From Chlorokybus atmophyticus (taxonomy: Eukaryota; Plantae; Mesostigma and Chlorokybus algae), in the NCBI GenBank assembly GCA_009103225.1, contig RHPI01002533.1:1369186-1433185 (forward strand): a DNA stretch of 64,000 bases, in the 5' to 3' direction. The notes below the pieces were generated by a model, which was not told where the DNA came from, made no database searches, and saw nothing but the letters and a program-made list of their open reading frames with translations. Position numbers and translations under genes: made by a program. The stretch's first letter is position 1, and every line of letters starts with the position of its first letter. This document shows positions 33,739 through 46,524 of this stretch, piece after piece.

Positions 33739-36700
33739 TGTTGAGAGTCATTCCTACATTCGATCAGCAGCGACCGTCCACATAGGAGTAGAAGGTCGTT
33801 AGGACGAGCACTAGGTCCGGACTTAGCAAGATGGCGTCGTCGGACCAGACTCCGGACTCCAGACTGGAGCCTTACTAACTGCTTTGTATCTCCGCGTATA
33901 CTTACTCATATTAGGCGTGTAAGAGCTTGCTGGAACTCTGGTTGTAAGGAAGACAAAGCATCTTAGAGCACGTCAAAAGGCTGAGTATAACTTACGCAGT
34001 GCTTGCAAACGTAGACGTGTGTGTAACTGGCTGGTATAAGAACCAGCGGACAACTTGTAATAGATGAATGTGATGTGACTTGTGTATACTCCAATGGCGG
34101 TAGCTCTGTCTCTGTGGGTGGGCCCATAACCTGCTGAAGGACTAGCATGCACATGTAGTTGAGGCAAGCATAGACACACAGAGACAGAGCTACCGCCATT
34201 AGAGCCATGCTCAACGACACAAAAATGGAAGACAGTTTGTGGAAGGAGGCGGTACTTACTGCCAACTACATCCGCAACAGGTCTCCGGTGAGCTCAGAGC
34301 AGAAGACTCCGTGGGAGCACTTCTATGGAGCCACATCAGATGTGAGTGGTATGCGTGTGCTTGGATGCACGGCATATGCACTAGTGCCTAAACAGCTCAG
34401 GCACAAGGTGGAGCCGGTCAGCAAGGAGGGCATCTTCGTTGGCTATGGACCGGGTTCCAAGGCTTACAGGATCTTGCTCGAGGACACTCAGAAGATCATC
34501 GTGAGCAGAGAGGTGGTTTTCCATGAGGGCTTATCACAACCAGAAGCAGGCTTCTTTCCGGGAGATGACGATGAAGTACAACCACAGGAGCATCCTAAGA
34601 CAGTGGAGGCTCAGGGCGAGGCAGTCATCAACAACAAGGGTGAGCGAGACTCAGTTGTAGCAGGCCAGAAGGAGCCGCACCTGCAGCAGGAGCACGCAGC
34701 TCGGAGATACCCAGTGAGGGAGAGAAAGGCACCTGACTTCTTACACAAGGCACACGTCGCCAGTGTGCAGAATGAGGAGCCAAGCACCTACGAGGAGGCA
34801 TTGTTAGCACCAGATGCGGAGCAATGGCAGCGTGCTATGGACGAGGAGATTGCGTCACTCCATGCCAATAACACTTGGTCACTGGAGCAGTTACCGCAAG
34901 GAGTGAAGACCATTCCAGTGAAATGGGTCTTCAAGGTGAAGCGTGATGGTCAGGGCAACATTGAGCGCTACAAGGCAAGACTGGTGGCAAAGGGCTTCTT
35001 GCAGCAGGAAGGTGTGGACTTCAACGAAGTATTTGCACCCGCAAGTAAGCATACCACCTTCCGTGCACTGCTAGCTATGGTTGCTGCTGAAGACCTCAAG
35101 CCGCATCACCTCGACGTGAAGACTGCCTTCCTCTACGGAGAGCTGGAGGAGGAGATCTTCATCGAGCAACCACCTGGATATGAAGAAGGGGAGAGAGGCA
35201 CAGCGTGCAAGCTGATCAAGGCACTGTACGGGCTGCGACAGGCACCGCGTATGTGGCACATCAAGCTCACAAGGAGCTGGAGGCACTTGGCTTCACCGCA
35301 TCCTCTGCAGACCCTTAGGTCTTCATCCATGCAGACAACAAGGTCTGGCTGCTCGTGTATGTTAATGATATCATCATCACCGCCAGGCAGGTGCACCACC
35401 TGCAGGAGACAAAACTTGCTCTACAGCAAGCATTCTCAGTTCGTGATCTTGGAGAGGCCAAGTGGTTCCTTGGCATGGTGATTGAGCGCGACAGGGTTGC
35501 ACGCACAATCAAGATCACTCAGGAGCAAATGGTGAGAAGACTCGTCACCAAGTTTGGGCTCACTGAAGCGAAGATCAAGACCACACCGTTGGCACTTGGC
35601 ACTGCCCTAATCAAAGCAAAGGATGCGGACGAACTCGACAAGGCTCAGTATCCATATAGTGAGCTGTTAGGCAGCATGCTCTATCTGGCAGTGTGCACAC
35701 GTCCCGATGTTGCACATGCTGTGGGAGTACTTGCTCGCTACATGTCTGCACCGAGCATGGAGCACTGGAGAGTAGCAAAGGGAGTACTACGCTATGTTGC
35801 TGGGAGCGCAATAGTTGGCATCAAGTTTGGGAGCGGGAGCACTGAGTTGGAGGGCTACTGCGACTCGGACTTTGCTGGTGACCTCAACAGCGGGAGGTCC
35901 ACTACAGGCTACGTCTTCAAGCTGATCGGAGGCGTGGTGAGCTGGAATAGCAGGCTGGAGCCAACAGCAGCAGCATCTACATCAGAGGCTGAGTACATGG
36001 CAGCGGCAGCAGCAGTGAAAGGGGCACTCTGGCTTCGCAAGCTCATGACAGACTTGGAGCACCCCATGGCGTGCATCGTCATCAACTGTGACAATCAAGG
36101 AGCCATCAAGTTGTTGAAGCACCCTATCGCCTCGGCAAGGACGAAGCACATTGATGTCATGCATCACTTTGTGCGTGACAGAGTCACAAGGAAGGANTCC
36201 AGTACTGCAACATTAAGGGCATGCTGGCGGACTTCATGACAAAGCCATTGTCACCGCTCAAGTTCAAGACTTGTTGCGCAGGACTTGGCATCTGTGTTTG
36301 ACTACAGGAGCAAGCGTTGGAGGTCAAGCTGCTCGCGTGGGAGTGTTGAGAGTATTCCTACATACGATCAGCATCGACCCTCCACACAGAAGTAGAAGGT
36401 CGTAAGGACGAGCACTAGGTCCGGACTTAGCAAGATGGCGTCGTCGGACCAGACTCCGGACTCCAGACTGCAGCCTTACCAACTGCTTCGTATCTCCGCG
36501 TATACTTACTCATATTAGGCGTGTAAGAGCTTGCTGGAACTCTGGTTGTAAGGAAGACAACGCAGCTTAGAGCGCGTAAAAAGGCTGAGTATAGCTTACG
36601 CAGTGCTTGCAAACTTAGACGTGTGTGTAACTGGCTGGTATAAGAACCAGCGAACAACTTGTATTAGATGAATGTGATGTGACTTGTGTATACTCTAATG

Positions 36701-36765
36701 GCGGTAGCTCTGTCTCCGTGTGTCTATGCTTGCCTCAACTACATGTGCATGCTAGTCCTTCAACA
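33739..36765 (+). mobile_element. Nested Copia (third LTR family), gag-PR-IN core deleted, RT-RNase H retained
   Basis: LTRs start at 33739 and span 36344-36765. Perfect TSD ACCAG (33734-38 and 36766-70). Motifs EPSTYEEAL, KARLVAKGF, LDVKTAFLYGEL, KALYGLRQAPR, YVNDII, GYCDSDFAGD and RTKHIDV. Frameshift near 35270-35355. Confidence 0.96.
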
Positions 36766-38989
36766 ACCAGCTGTCACCACTGGGGCCTCAGGATCATTGT
36801 CTGCGTCCGCGGCAGCACCTGCGGATCCCACCGTCTCAACTGCCACGCAAGCGGCCACGACAGCAACTGCCGGTGCGATCGACGAAGGGCTCGCCGCAAC
36901 CATCGCTGCGACCTCGGCCGTCCTCGCTGCCGAGTCGATGGCAGCAGCTTCACCAGCAGCAACCATTGCCGCTGTCAACACAACTGCGCAGCCTATTAGT
37001 ACTGTGGCTACCGCCCAGCTCGGTATCGGTGCTTTGGAAATAACCATGGCTGAACCATCGACGTCCGTGGCTGCCATAGAAGCAGGGCCCTCCACGTCCA
37101 CGACAGCAGAGGCAGCCTCAACCGGCGCAGTTGACGTGCCAGCAGCAGTGCGCCCGCCCGGACAGGGGCCGATCCAATCAGCGGCTGGCATGCCTATCAC
37201 CCCAACTTATGCAGGAGGTGATCAGTTCATGTGGCGCGTTGACGAAAACGCTCTGCTATATGGGGTCAATGATGTCCCTCTCCACCGTCAGAAGCTGGGT
37301 CACGACTTTCGCACCCTTCGCATCACTAACGAGACCCTCACCATGTTTTGGGATCTGTACAACCGTCATTGCTTGGCTCCAGAGCACCCAGTGTTGCTGG
37401 CACCACCCAACCAAGAGCCATCCAACCTGGACCACTTCGACGACTTGGACCCACAGGTGATTCAACTGTTTCGAGCATTTGCTGCGCGCCCGTTGGGCAA
37501 CGATCCCGAGCTAAACACCTCATGGCGTGAGCATTGCCGTCGCTTCTACGCACTGGATCGGGCTCGCCAATTCCGTCAGCAGCAAGAACAGGTGGTCCGC
37601 CGCCGCCAGCGGGACTGCTATGAAGATGTCCAGCGAGACATCGACGAAGCGCCACCTGGAGTCATCATCAACGACACCCGCGCTGAAGCATATGGCAACA
37701 TTTGGGTGAAAAGGCCGCAGTATCCCACAAACGAGGACAGGGAGCGCATTAGGCTTGCTCAAACGAGGGCGTTGAGCAGGTATTTCAGGGGGGAAATCGC
37801 CGCCCTCATCGTTAACATGACCGATACGTGGCCAGCAAATCAGCGTCAACCAGAGAGGGGGTATCTTCAGCAAGGAGCCCACCCTCATCTCGCTGGTCAA
37901 CAAACATACGGGGAGCAATAGTTAAGAACACGGCTACTGCAAGAAGCCATTCGGGGGACGTTGCAACAACAAGGCCCGGAGGGCGCCGCACTCAGAGGGA
38001 TGCTGCGACTGCAGCAAACCATGGGAGAACGGGCTCAGGTACTCACATGGTTGATCAACAACCACCCCGCAGTCCCACTGTTCGCATTCCCATCGAGGCT
38101 GCATTGGATGAGTGCGTTCATGCGCTCTGTACGGCAAGCCTACGATCAGGTGGTAGACCAACTGCGTCCCTACGGCATTCGTGACAGAGTCACTATGGAG
38201 GTCGCCCTCATGCATCTACCAGGCATCGAGGCAGCACGGCAGCTTCGGCGCATCGCTCAGGCCTATGACAGCCAACGTCGACAGCAGGACTCGCCCGACA
38301 CCCTGCGAGGGCGAGCCATGACAATAATCGACGTCGGGATCACCGGAGTTCGGTGGGATACGTACATGCGGAGCATCCTTAAACTACCCACCATTGGCGA
38401 CGCCTTGAGAAGGCAGCTGGTACGCGCCGTCTACCTCACGCTTATGCCTCAGGTGGAAGAATTCGACGACTGGCGTTACCACCCTTCAGCCACATGGGAG
38501 GGTACGCTGGTGCGGGAGGCCGCTCATGCACTCTACTGGACCAACAGGGAGGCAGTGACAATAATGGAACGCGTGCCTCCACCACCACCACCACCAGCTC
38601 CTGGTATGGACCCAACTCCTCGTCGCAATCCACCACCGGCTCCGGCATCACCCAAACAAGGGCTAGGGCAGGGGGGTGGAACCGGACAAGGAAGCGCACA
38701 AGGACAGGGCACCGCTCCTGCTGCAGGAAGAGGAGCCATGGCAGCCTTGAGGTCCGGCACCCTGGAGCAACACCCCACAGCTAACGCTGTTCCTCGACGT
38801 CCCAATAATCGCGCGCGGCTCAACGCCAACGCCGTCATGGTTGCCAACCAGGGCAAGCATGTGCAAATCAACGGACGCGCACCCAAACGCGTCATGTTGG
38901 ACGCAGGGGCACAACCATGTATCATTGGCAGACACTTGGCCAGAGCCTTGGGGCTTATGGCAGCTGTCGCTGGACAGCTGCCCTTTTAA
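36766..38989 (+). pseudogene. Continuation of the Gypsy polyprotein: Ala/Thr-rich linker, unknown helical domain, Pro/Gly linker, aspartic protease
   Basis: Removing the Copia plus one TSD copy restores the frame (SSSP|AVTT). One in-frame TAG at 37919. Ends VMLDAGAQPCIIG. Confidence 0.85.
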
Positions 38990-39099
38990 GATTGACACCG
39001 CCACGGGAGGACGCGAAAGCCCTGCTGGCATCACTAAGAAAGTCCTCACCATCACCCTGACTGGGCTGGACCCCACGCACACCACTCAGCTACAGGACT

Positions 39100-42000
39100 T
39101 GTGAAGGAACAGTTGGAGGCGATCCTCAACAAATGGAGAGCTCAGTTCAGTTTCAACGTAAAGGAGCTGGGCAAGTGTTTAGTGTACCAGATGGACATCG
39201 ACCTCGTCGACGAAGAACCGGTATTCAGAAGATAGTACAAGATGTCCAAGTTGGAGGAAGACTTGGTGGAACAGCGATGCAAGGCATTGCTGGAGGCGGG
39301 ACTCATCGAGGAATCCACGTCTGACTTCGCTGCCGCCACAGTCATGCCCCTCAAGAAGGACTCAGAGGGCAACTGGACAAAACGGCGGATGTGTGGGGAT
39401 TATCGCCCACTCAACAACAAAACCAAGCAGAATCAGTACCCAATGCCAACCGCAGAGGGCATCTTCGACGACGTCGGCTCGTGTACCGTGTTCAGCATTC
39501 TGGACATGCGGCAGGGGTACAACCAGATCGAGATCAAGCCCGAAGACAAGCATAAAACGGCATTTTGGGGCAACCGGCAGCTGTACCATTCGAAGGTCAT
39601 GCCTTTCGGGCTAAAGAACGCGCCAGCAAAGTTCCAGCGCATGATGGACAAGGCGCTGAAGGGGTGCTCCTTCGCGTGGTGCTACATCGACGACATCCTG
39701 ATCTTCAGCCACACCGCAGAGGAGCATCTCCTCCACATCGAGGAGGTACTAAGGAGCGTTCAAGCAGTAGGGATGACTGTGCACCCCGACAAGTGCACTT
39801 TCTTCACCCACAAGGTCCCCTACCTCGGCCACATGATCGTGCCCAACGGCGTATACGTTCAGCAGGCCAAGGTGAGGCTCTGACATCTATTCCAGCCCCG
39901 ATAGGTCTGACTCGACTGCGTGCTTTCCTTGGCCTCGCCAACTACTACAGGAGGTTCGTCAAAGACTTCGCTAAGGTGGCGCGCCCCCTCAACAAACTCC
40001 TCAAGAAAGAGACAGAGTGGAGCTGGAAGGAGGCCCAACAACAGGCTTTCGAGAAGCTGAAGCACAGGCTCACATCAGCCCCCATTCTGCAGCGACCAGA
40101 CTACACCAAGCCCTTTGTTCTCCACACCGACTGGAGCAAACTCGGCATGGGTGCTTACTTGGTCCAGCTCGACGATAACAAGAAAGAACGGGTGGTGTCC
40201 TACGCCAGCCGCAGCAACAACAGCGCTGAAGCCAACTACAGCAGTTACGAGGGCGAGTGCCTTGCCGCTGTATGGGCCATCTCCTTCTTCAGGCCCTTCC
40301 TATTCGGGAGACGATTCTCGCTGATCACCGATCACCAGCCGCTGCGCTGGCTCATGACCAATCAACACCTTACGGGCAAGTTGGCCAGGTGGGCCTTGCT
40401 GCTACAGGAGTACGACTTCGAGATCACCCATTGGGCTGGCCTGGCCAACCAGGACGCGGATGGCCTGAGCCGCAACCCCCACCTCTCCACGAACGACGCC
40501 ACCGGTGCTCGCCATGACTTGGGTCCGTTGGCACCACCACCACAGGTGGCCACTATGCTTGCCGTCGCTGCGCTACGCTCGGGACGAGACACCATCACAG
40601 GAGCAGCTCCGACGATGCTAGTAGCGGACGATATGCCAGCGCTCATCCCTGTCAACACTGACACATCTGAGCAGGCCACACCCGATGATGCCCAACTCCC
40701 AGCGGCGGATCTACGTCAAGACATCTGGCTGGACAAGAACTCCATGGCCTACCTACAGCATGGACATCATATGGCAGGACTGAGCGCGCGTGAACGGGAC
40801 CGCATTAGTCAGCGTTGCCAGAACTATCGATGGGAGGAAGGACTCGTCTTCCAGCGTGTCCACATTCATGACAAAGAGGTTCCGGCGCTGCACCGGCGCA
40901 AGGGCATCATCTCTGCACTCCGCACGGAGCTGGGTCATTTCGGTGTCAAGCGCACCGTCAGCTTGGTGAGTGCCCAATACTGGTGGCATGGCACGCACAC
41001 TCAGGTTCGCACTCTTGTCGCAAGCTGCGCGCATTGCGACCTTGTGCGTGCCAGCCTCAACACTCGTACCAGCACGCTTCATCCGTTGCCTATAGCTGGC
41101 ATGTTTTATTGGTGGGGACTGTACATCCTTGGAGATTTGGCACCCTCAGCTCGTGGCAACAAGTACATCCTTGTCATGATCGAACACTTCTCCAAGTGGG
41201 ATGAGCTGGTCCCCCTTCCGGACAAAAGCAGCAGGGGAACCGCTCAGGCGTTCCTCAACCATGTGCTCAGTCGCTTCGGCTCATGTGCTGAAGTCATTAT
41301 CGACCAAGGGGCAGAATTCCGCGGCGAATTCGACACCTTACTGGATCGCTCCTACATCAACCACCGGCGGACCGCTCGTGACCATCCGCAAACAGATGGA
41401 CTGGCGGAGCGTACTGTCCAAACCATCAAGAAGGCCTTGCGCAAGTACGTCATCGACCACGAGAAACGCACCTGGGACGACTACCTCCCCTTGGATTGCA
41501 CTAGGCTATCGGCTTTCCAAACAGGCTTCCTTGCGCATGTACAGCCCTTACCAGCTGCTGTTTGGCAGGGAACCCTTACTCCCCTTCCGCGCTCAAAAGG
41601 AAGTGGAACGCGTGCTGGACAACCTCGCCGACCCTGTGGCTATGCTGCACGACATGCAGCAGCGCGCCTACCTGTTCGCGCACGTCATCCCCATAGCCAT
41701 GGGCAACCTCCGCATTGCTCAGCACCGGGACACACTGCGCTACGAACGCGTCCGCAGTGGGTTCTACAAGCAGCGCAGCCGCCGTTTCGAGGCGGGCGAC
41801 TACGTTTACCGCATGACCCAGACCAAACACACCCTTGACATCAGTGTCAAACGCGTCGTCTACAAAGTCCTAAAGGTGCTCCCTTCCGGAGTTCTGGACT
41901 TACTCGGCAGCGACGGCGAACGTCTCAAGGACAACATGGAGAACTGTGCTCCATGCCACCTGCCACACGTCGCAGGCTTCGACATCGTTCAGCACCCTCG

Positions 42001-42184
42001 ACCCAATCGCAGCAAGCGTTGCGAGAAGTGCGGTAGTGCCGACAATGACGCACTCATGATGTTGTGTGACGGGAGCAACAACGGCATGCACTGCTACTGC
42101 CTCGACCCACCAAAGGACACTGTGCCCCCGGAGGCATATTGCTGCGAGAACTGTCGTATCCATGGTCCTCCTCATTCCCGCTGA
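39100..42184 (+). pseudogene. pol: Gypsy RT - RNase H - integrase - PHD finger (frameshifts near 39880 and 41490)
   Basis: RMCGDYRPLN, LDMRQGYNQI and YIDDIL. LHTDWSK and ITDHQPL. ELGHFG..CAHC, IIDQGAEF and PQTDGLAER. C-terminal CEKC..CDGS..MHCYC..YCCENC. Confidence 0.93.
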
Positions 42185-42906
42185 AAGCTGCTCACTGGAA
42201 CGGAGGCTTCCCCCGTTCACAGGGGGGGTGGCTTGTTAACTTGCTCTTGTCAGCAACGCAGTTCATGACTCACAGCACGCAGCACCACATCGTATCACAT
42301 GTCATTAACATCATATGTGTTGTCCCCACAAGTAGGTACAGGCAGGGGGGTATCCTTTGCCTCCCGCACTGTGCAGCTACACAATCGACAGCCCACCAGG
42401 CTTGCCTAATTCCCTGTCATCGTAATACAGTTGGGATCGACCCGGAGAGGCACACGACCCTGCCAGGCCCGACAGCTGTCATGCCAGCGGTCCAGGAGGG
42501 GCCAACTTCCTCGAGGATGCCTACAGCCAAGCATCATTCCCGCGCTACCGGCATCACAGCACTTCCCCATCAGCTATGCCTACAGTCAGGCATCAACCTT
42601 GGCTACCAGCTGGGGTCCCGCACGACGCTGAGCAGTTGTGAGTCAGTCCTCGTAGGTACCTAGTATAGCCGAACTAGCTGATCCATTGTGAGTTGACTTA
42701 GGTCTGATCTAGGTCATTTCGTAAACTAGCCATTATTTAGAACTGAACAGTTGTCACTTGACTATAAAGGCTTAGGACTTAGCCTCTGTACGTTGATGAC
42801 ACTGTAAGTGAGAATTGAGAGACTTGGAATAACAAAGTACGGATGTTGATCTGCGACTTGCTCTCTGGAGGTTGTGGCTTGATGTGACTGCATCACCTCG
42901 CCGCCC

Positions 42907-43106
42907 AAAGTAAACCACACTTGCCACCCACACAAAAGATGGCGTCGCCATGCTAGGGTTTCAAGCGACTGAATTTGGGAGCTTGTAACTCATAGCTCAC
43001 TCTAATAAATTATTGTGCCCCCAAGTGCCTAGGGCATTAGGGGCACAGTCTCATAAGTCATGAACAAGTTTTTTAATCCAGGAGCGCGCATTTCATGCGC
43101 TTCGTG
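42907..43106 (+). repeat. About 200-bp structured dispersed repeat, copy 2
   Basis: Homologous to 28551-28764 and abuts the truncated Gypsy 3' repeat. Confidence 0.85.
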
Positions 43107-43479
43107 ATTCGTGATGCACATCCATGATCTTAACGTGGTTATTCACTTAAACCGAAGTCTTTTAACGGGGGTAGACTACTAGTCGACCGCAGCAGGGACG
43201 AACCCTGGTGCGAGCAGCCCGGTCGCTGCCTATGGACCCGTCCGCACTAGTGTTCCCCCTTGATGCGCACGGTTCTGGACAAAGACGATTGCAAATCAGT
43301 GGCCGGCTGCACCATGAATAAACATGGTGCGGACGTCCGCGGCTTACAAACCAGGGGTAATCCACGCCATGCTTGGCGGATTTCATCGGACTATGGTATC
43401 GGCGCGGCCTGCATGGCGTGGCTAGTCATACCAGCCAAGGCTTGGTTTCGTGGAACCCTAGTGCAGAACGGCTTTTAAC

Positions 43480-44000
43480 CGTGACGGACACGTCGCGGCA
43501 ACACATACATCCGTGTCGAGCGCTCTAGCAAGTCCGTGGAGCTGGTGTCGCTGCCAGACAAGTCCTTTTTTTCAGGTGACGCGCGTCTTCTTCTGGTACA
43601 TCCTTGATACATTTCAAGCGTGCACAAAGGTTCTCATCCATTGGAGCATGGAATCTCAAGGCGAGCTGGACGTCTTGCTCAACCATGCATTCATCGACTA
43701 CCGCCGCACCAGCCGCGATCATTCTTAGGCTGACGGCCTCGCCGAGCGTATGGTGCAGACCGTCAAGAAGGCCTTGAAGGCACTACCGCTTGACACAAGC
43801 CCAAGAAAAGTGGCCATGGGACGACTACCTGCGTTGGCTCGCTTGGGTACCGCTGCACGAGACAAGCAAACTTGTGTTCATTCGGCCCACTTTTCCTCAT
43901 GTTTAAGATAGAGCCACTGCTCCCATTGTGCGCCACACTATGCAGGCTCTGAAAGACATTATCGACAAACCCGCACACAAGATGAAATCGCGCCGCGTAA
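43480..44000 (+). pseudogene. Degenerate Gypsy integrase fragment related to the PHD-Gypsy
   Basis: QGELDVLLNHAFIDYRRTSRDHS*ADGLAERMVQTVKKALK aligns with 41330-41450. Confidence 0.8.
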
Positions 44001-46524
44001 TTATTAAGTGTGACGATACTATTACTTACTTGCTGGTCGGGGCTCAACCAAGGCTTCATAAACTTATGCGCCAAGCACCAAAGACTTAAAGAAGAAGTTT
44101 CACCTGCCACGATGCAGCACCTAGCAGGAGGAGTTGCAACAGCGCATGAAGGGCGGAAAGGATGACCACCTGTCAATTGGTGATGAATAAAATCATACAC
44201 CCTTGACGCCTCCTCTCATCGTAGCGCTTTTACTACGATGGCCTAATGGTTGTGACATTGGTATTTAAAGCTTGGGGCACATGTTTAACTGCCTGCCGTG
44301 TGCTGATGCTGATGGGCGGGGAAGGGCGACCATGTTTTTAATCATCCAATCGATGCGCCATCGGGAGTCCCACCGCGTGCGGTGGCGCGATGAGTCGCGT
44401 GGCTTTGATACCTTGCCGGTACGATGCCAATAGTCGTACCGGGACGGATAGGTCGCCGCGGGTCAATGCCGAGAGCAATGTTACGTGGTGAATGTTTTAA
44501 AATTTACACACCCTTGACGCCTCCCCTCATCGTAGCGCTTTTCTTGCGATGGCCTAGTGGTTGTGACACCACCAACCTCTCCACACAACTCCAACCCCAA
44601 GCACACCCACGCCCAACACACCCACACTCCCACCCCACCCCACACCCCACAAGGGATGAGGGGGAGAGCCCCTTCAACAGCTACTAGTCAGACACCCCAC
44701 ACACAAGTGGCCCTTTTGTGGTGAACACACTCTGCTGAACCCTACTCAAGGTTGTTGATAAGTCTTTACATTACTTGATGCTCTCCCGACCTGGCACATA
44801 GGATGTCAAAGGCCATTTAGACCTTGTCACTGTATGCTGACTCATCGAAACAAGCCGACCTTGTCCAACACAAGACATATCCTATACAAGACATCAACCT
44901 CGGAAACATCAAACCACATTGGTTTTTCGTAAAAGTATCAATTCTACCTTGGATTCACAAACACAGGTTCTTCTAAAACGGTATTACTCGCAAATTGCCC
45001 ACCGGCATTGCAGCCTTGCAACTAATACAGTAATGGCAACTTTCACTATTTCATGGTACTACTTGTACATAGTATAGTTCCTGTGGTTTTCCAACATGGC
45101 TCAATCTCTATCCATAAACTTGTCACATCGTATAGCAACCCATAATACATTGGGGCAAAGGCCTCACGCATTTACCAGCTTTATGCTAGCCCTCATGAAT
45201 CCTTGTGTAGTTCATCACACCCCAGGCCATATACCAAGAGTAGACCTACATGAGAGCGCACGTTACAAGCACAACACATGCTTATGCTTGAATAATGTTT
45301 TGTTGACATTTTTTCCATAAATAACACAGACTTGCTTTTGTCAGCCTTATGGGCATGACAAGTTTGCTGCTGCTTGTATGCTGACAATGCAATAGATATC
45401 ATTATCGTAAAGACAAGAAGTTTACGCACTAGATGATTCCCAAAGTGACATCATCGTAATTTTTATCGAGCGCAACTGGTCATAAAACATTTTGCGGGCT
45501 AGAAGTTGGCTGCACGCGCCTTAAGTCAGTAGATTGCGTTGATTGAGTGGCAGAATTTGCTGTAAATCGTGCAATTTACGCGCATATAATTTAACATGAA
45601 TGACCCCTACACTTAACTCAACGAAGTGAATGATAATAAGAAAATAATTGGAAGACCACGTAAAGCTTTGGTCTCTACAGTATCACCAACTGTGTTTAAA
45701 GTATTGTAAGTGGCTACACATACATTAAAAAAGATAATCAGTCTTTTTTGTGGTGCTTAAGTGCACAAGGCATGCAGATGTTTGTAATCCCCTTACATAT
45801 CATCGCTGCAGCGGATAGTGACTCGTTGCCTACCTGCCATACCGCTTGCCGTCCTGCTGCAATCCCCTGCCATACCACGGTTCCGACGATTGCATCGGTG
45901 TGTACTAAACAATAAACCTCTCTTGCCGCAAGTGCATATGGTTTTATCTATACTGCATATGGTTTGTCACCATACTCAGCACACATGAAAGCAACACTCT
46001 TGGCCTGAAAACGTATTTGATAATGTTATGTTGTTTCAAGTACACATGTGGCAGTCAACACTATCATTTTATGTTGCGCATTTGTATTCCTTAATGATGC
46101 CTATGTGTGCCAATTTTTTGCGTAATTTTTATGGTGATCCATATGTTGAAGTCTAAATGAATATGCCACAATTTGCGTAGCCCGTCATATACAGTTTATC
46201 AATTTCCCGTGCACAATCGGTGCAAAGAGTGGCGCAAACTAGCTCGTGCATGCAGCCACATATAGATGTGACATATGTAATACTTAGAATGGACTTGATG
46301 TTTGATTTCTGTAATTGCAAAGGTTCAAACTCGCGTCACTCGTGTTGTGATTCGTCAGCGATCAGTACTATGCAGTGTACTCATAGGTATGAGATATACT
46401 TGCACATGGTTAACTTACCTGGGTGATGCATATTATAGATGGTAACTGGGCAATACATGAGACACGCCCAAATCAAAGCAGGCAGTAGCGGAGCAGCCAA
46501 TATCTAAAGAGGGGTACATCTTAT

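Larger units (their letters stand above)
31257..42906 (+). mobile_element. Large Ty3/Gypsy element with an integrase-fused PHD finger, carrying a nested Copia
   Basis: Order is gag (2 CCHC), long extra region, PR (MLDAGAQ), RT, RH, IN, PHD. PPT AGGGGGGGTGGC is followed by TGTTAAC at 42234. A terminal direct repeat occurs at 31257-31338 and 42836-42906. Confidence 0.92.

Noticed and set aside
44194-44568. Complete TRIM/SMART element defined by the duplicated GGTTGTGACA segment
   Set aside because: Similarity covers only about 65-80 bp, and matching LTR starts or a TSD could not be found.
1-45000. An intact autonomous retrotransposon
   Set aside because: Every element carries stops, frameshifts, deletions or a mutated catalytic motif.
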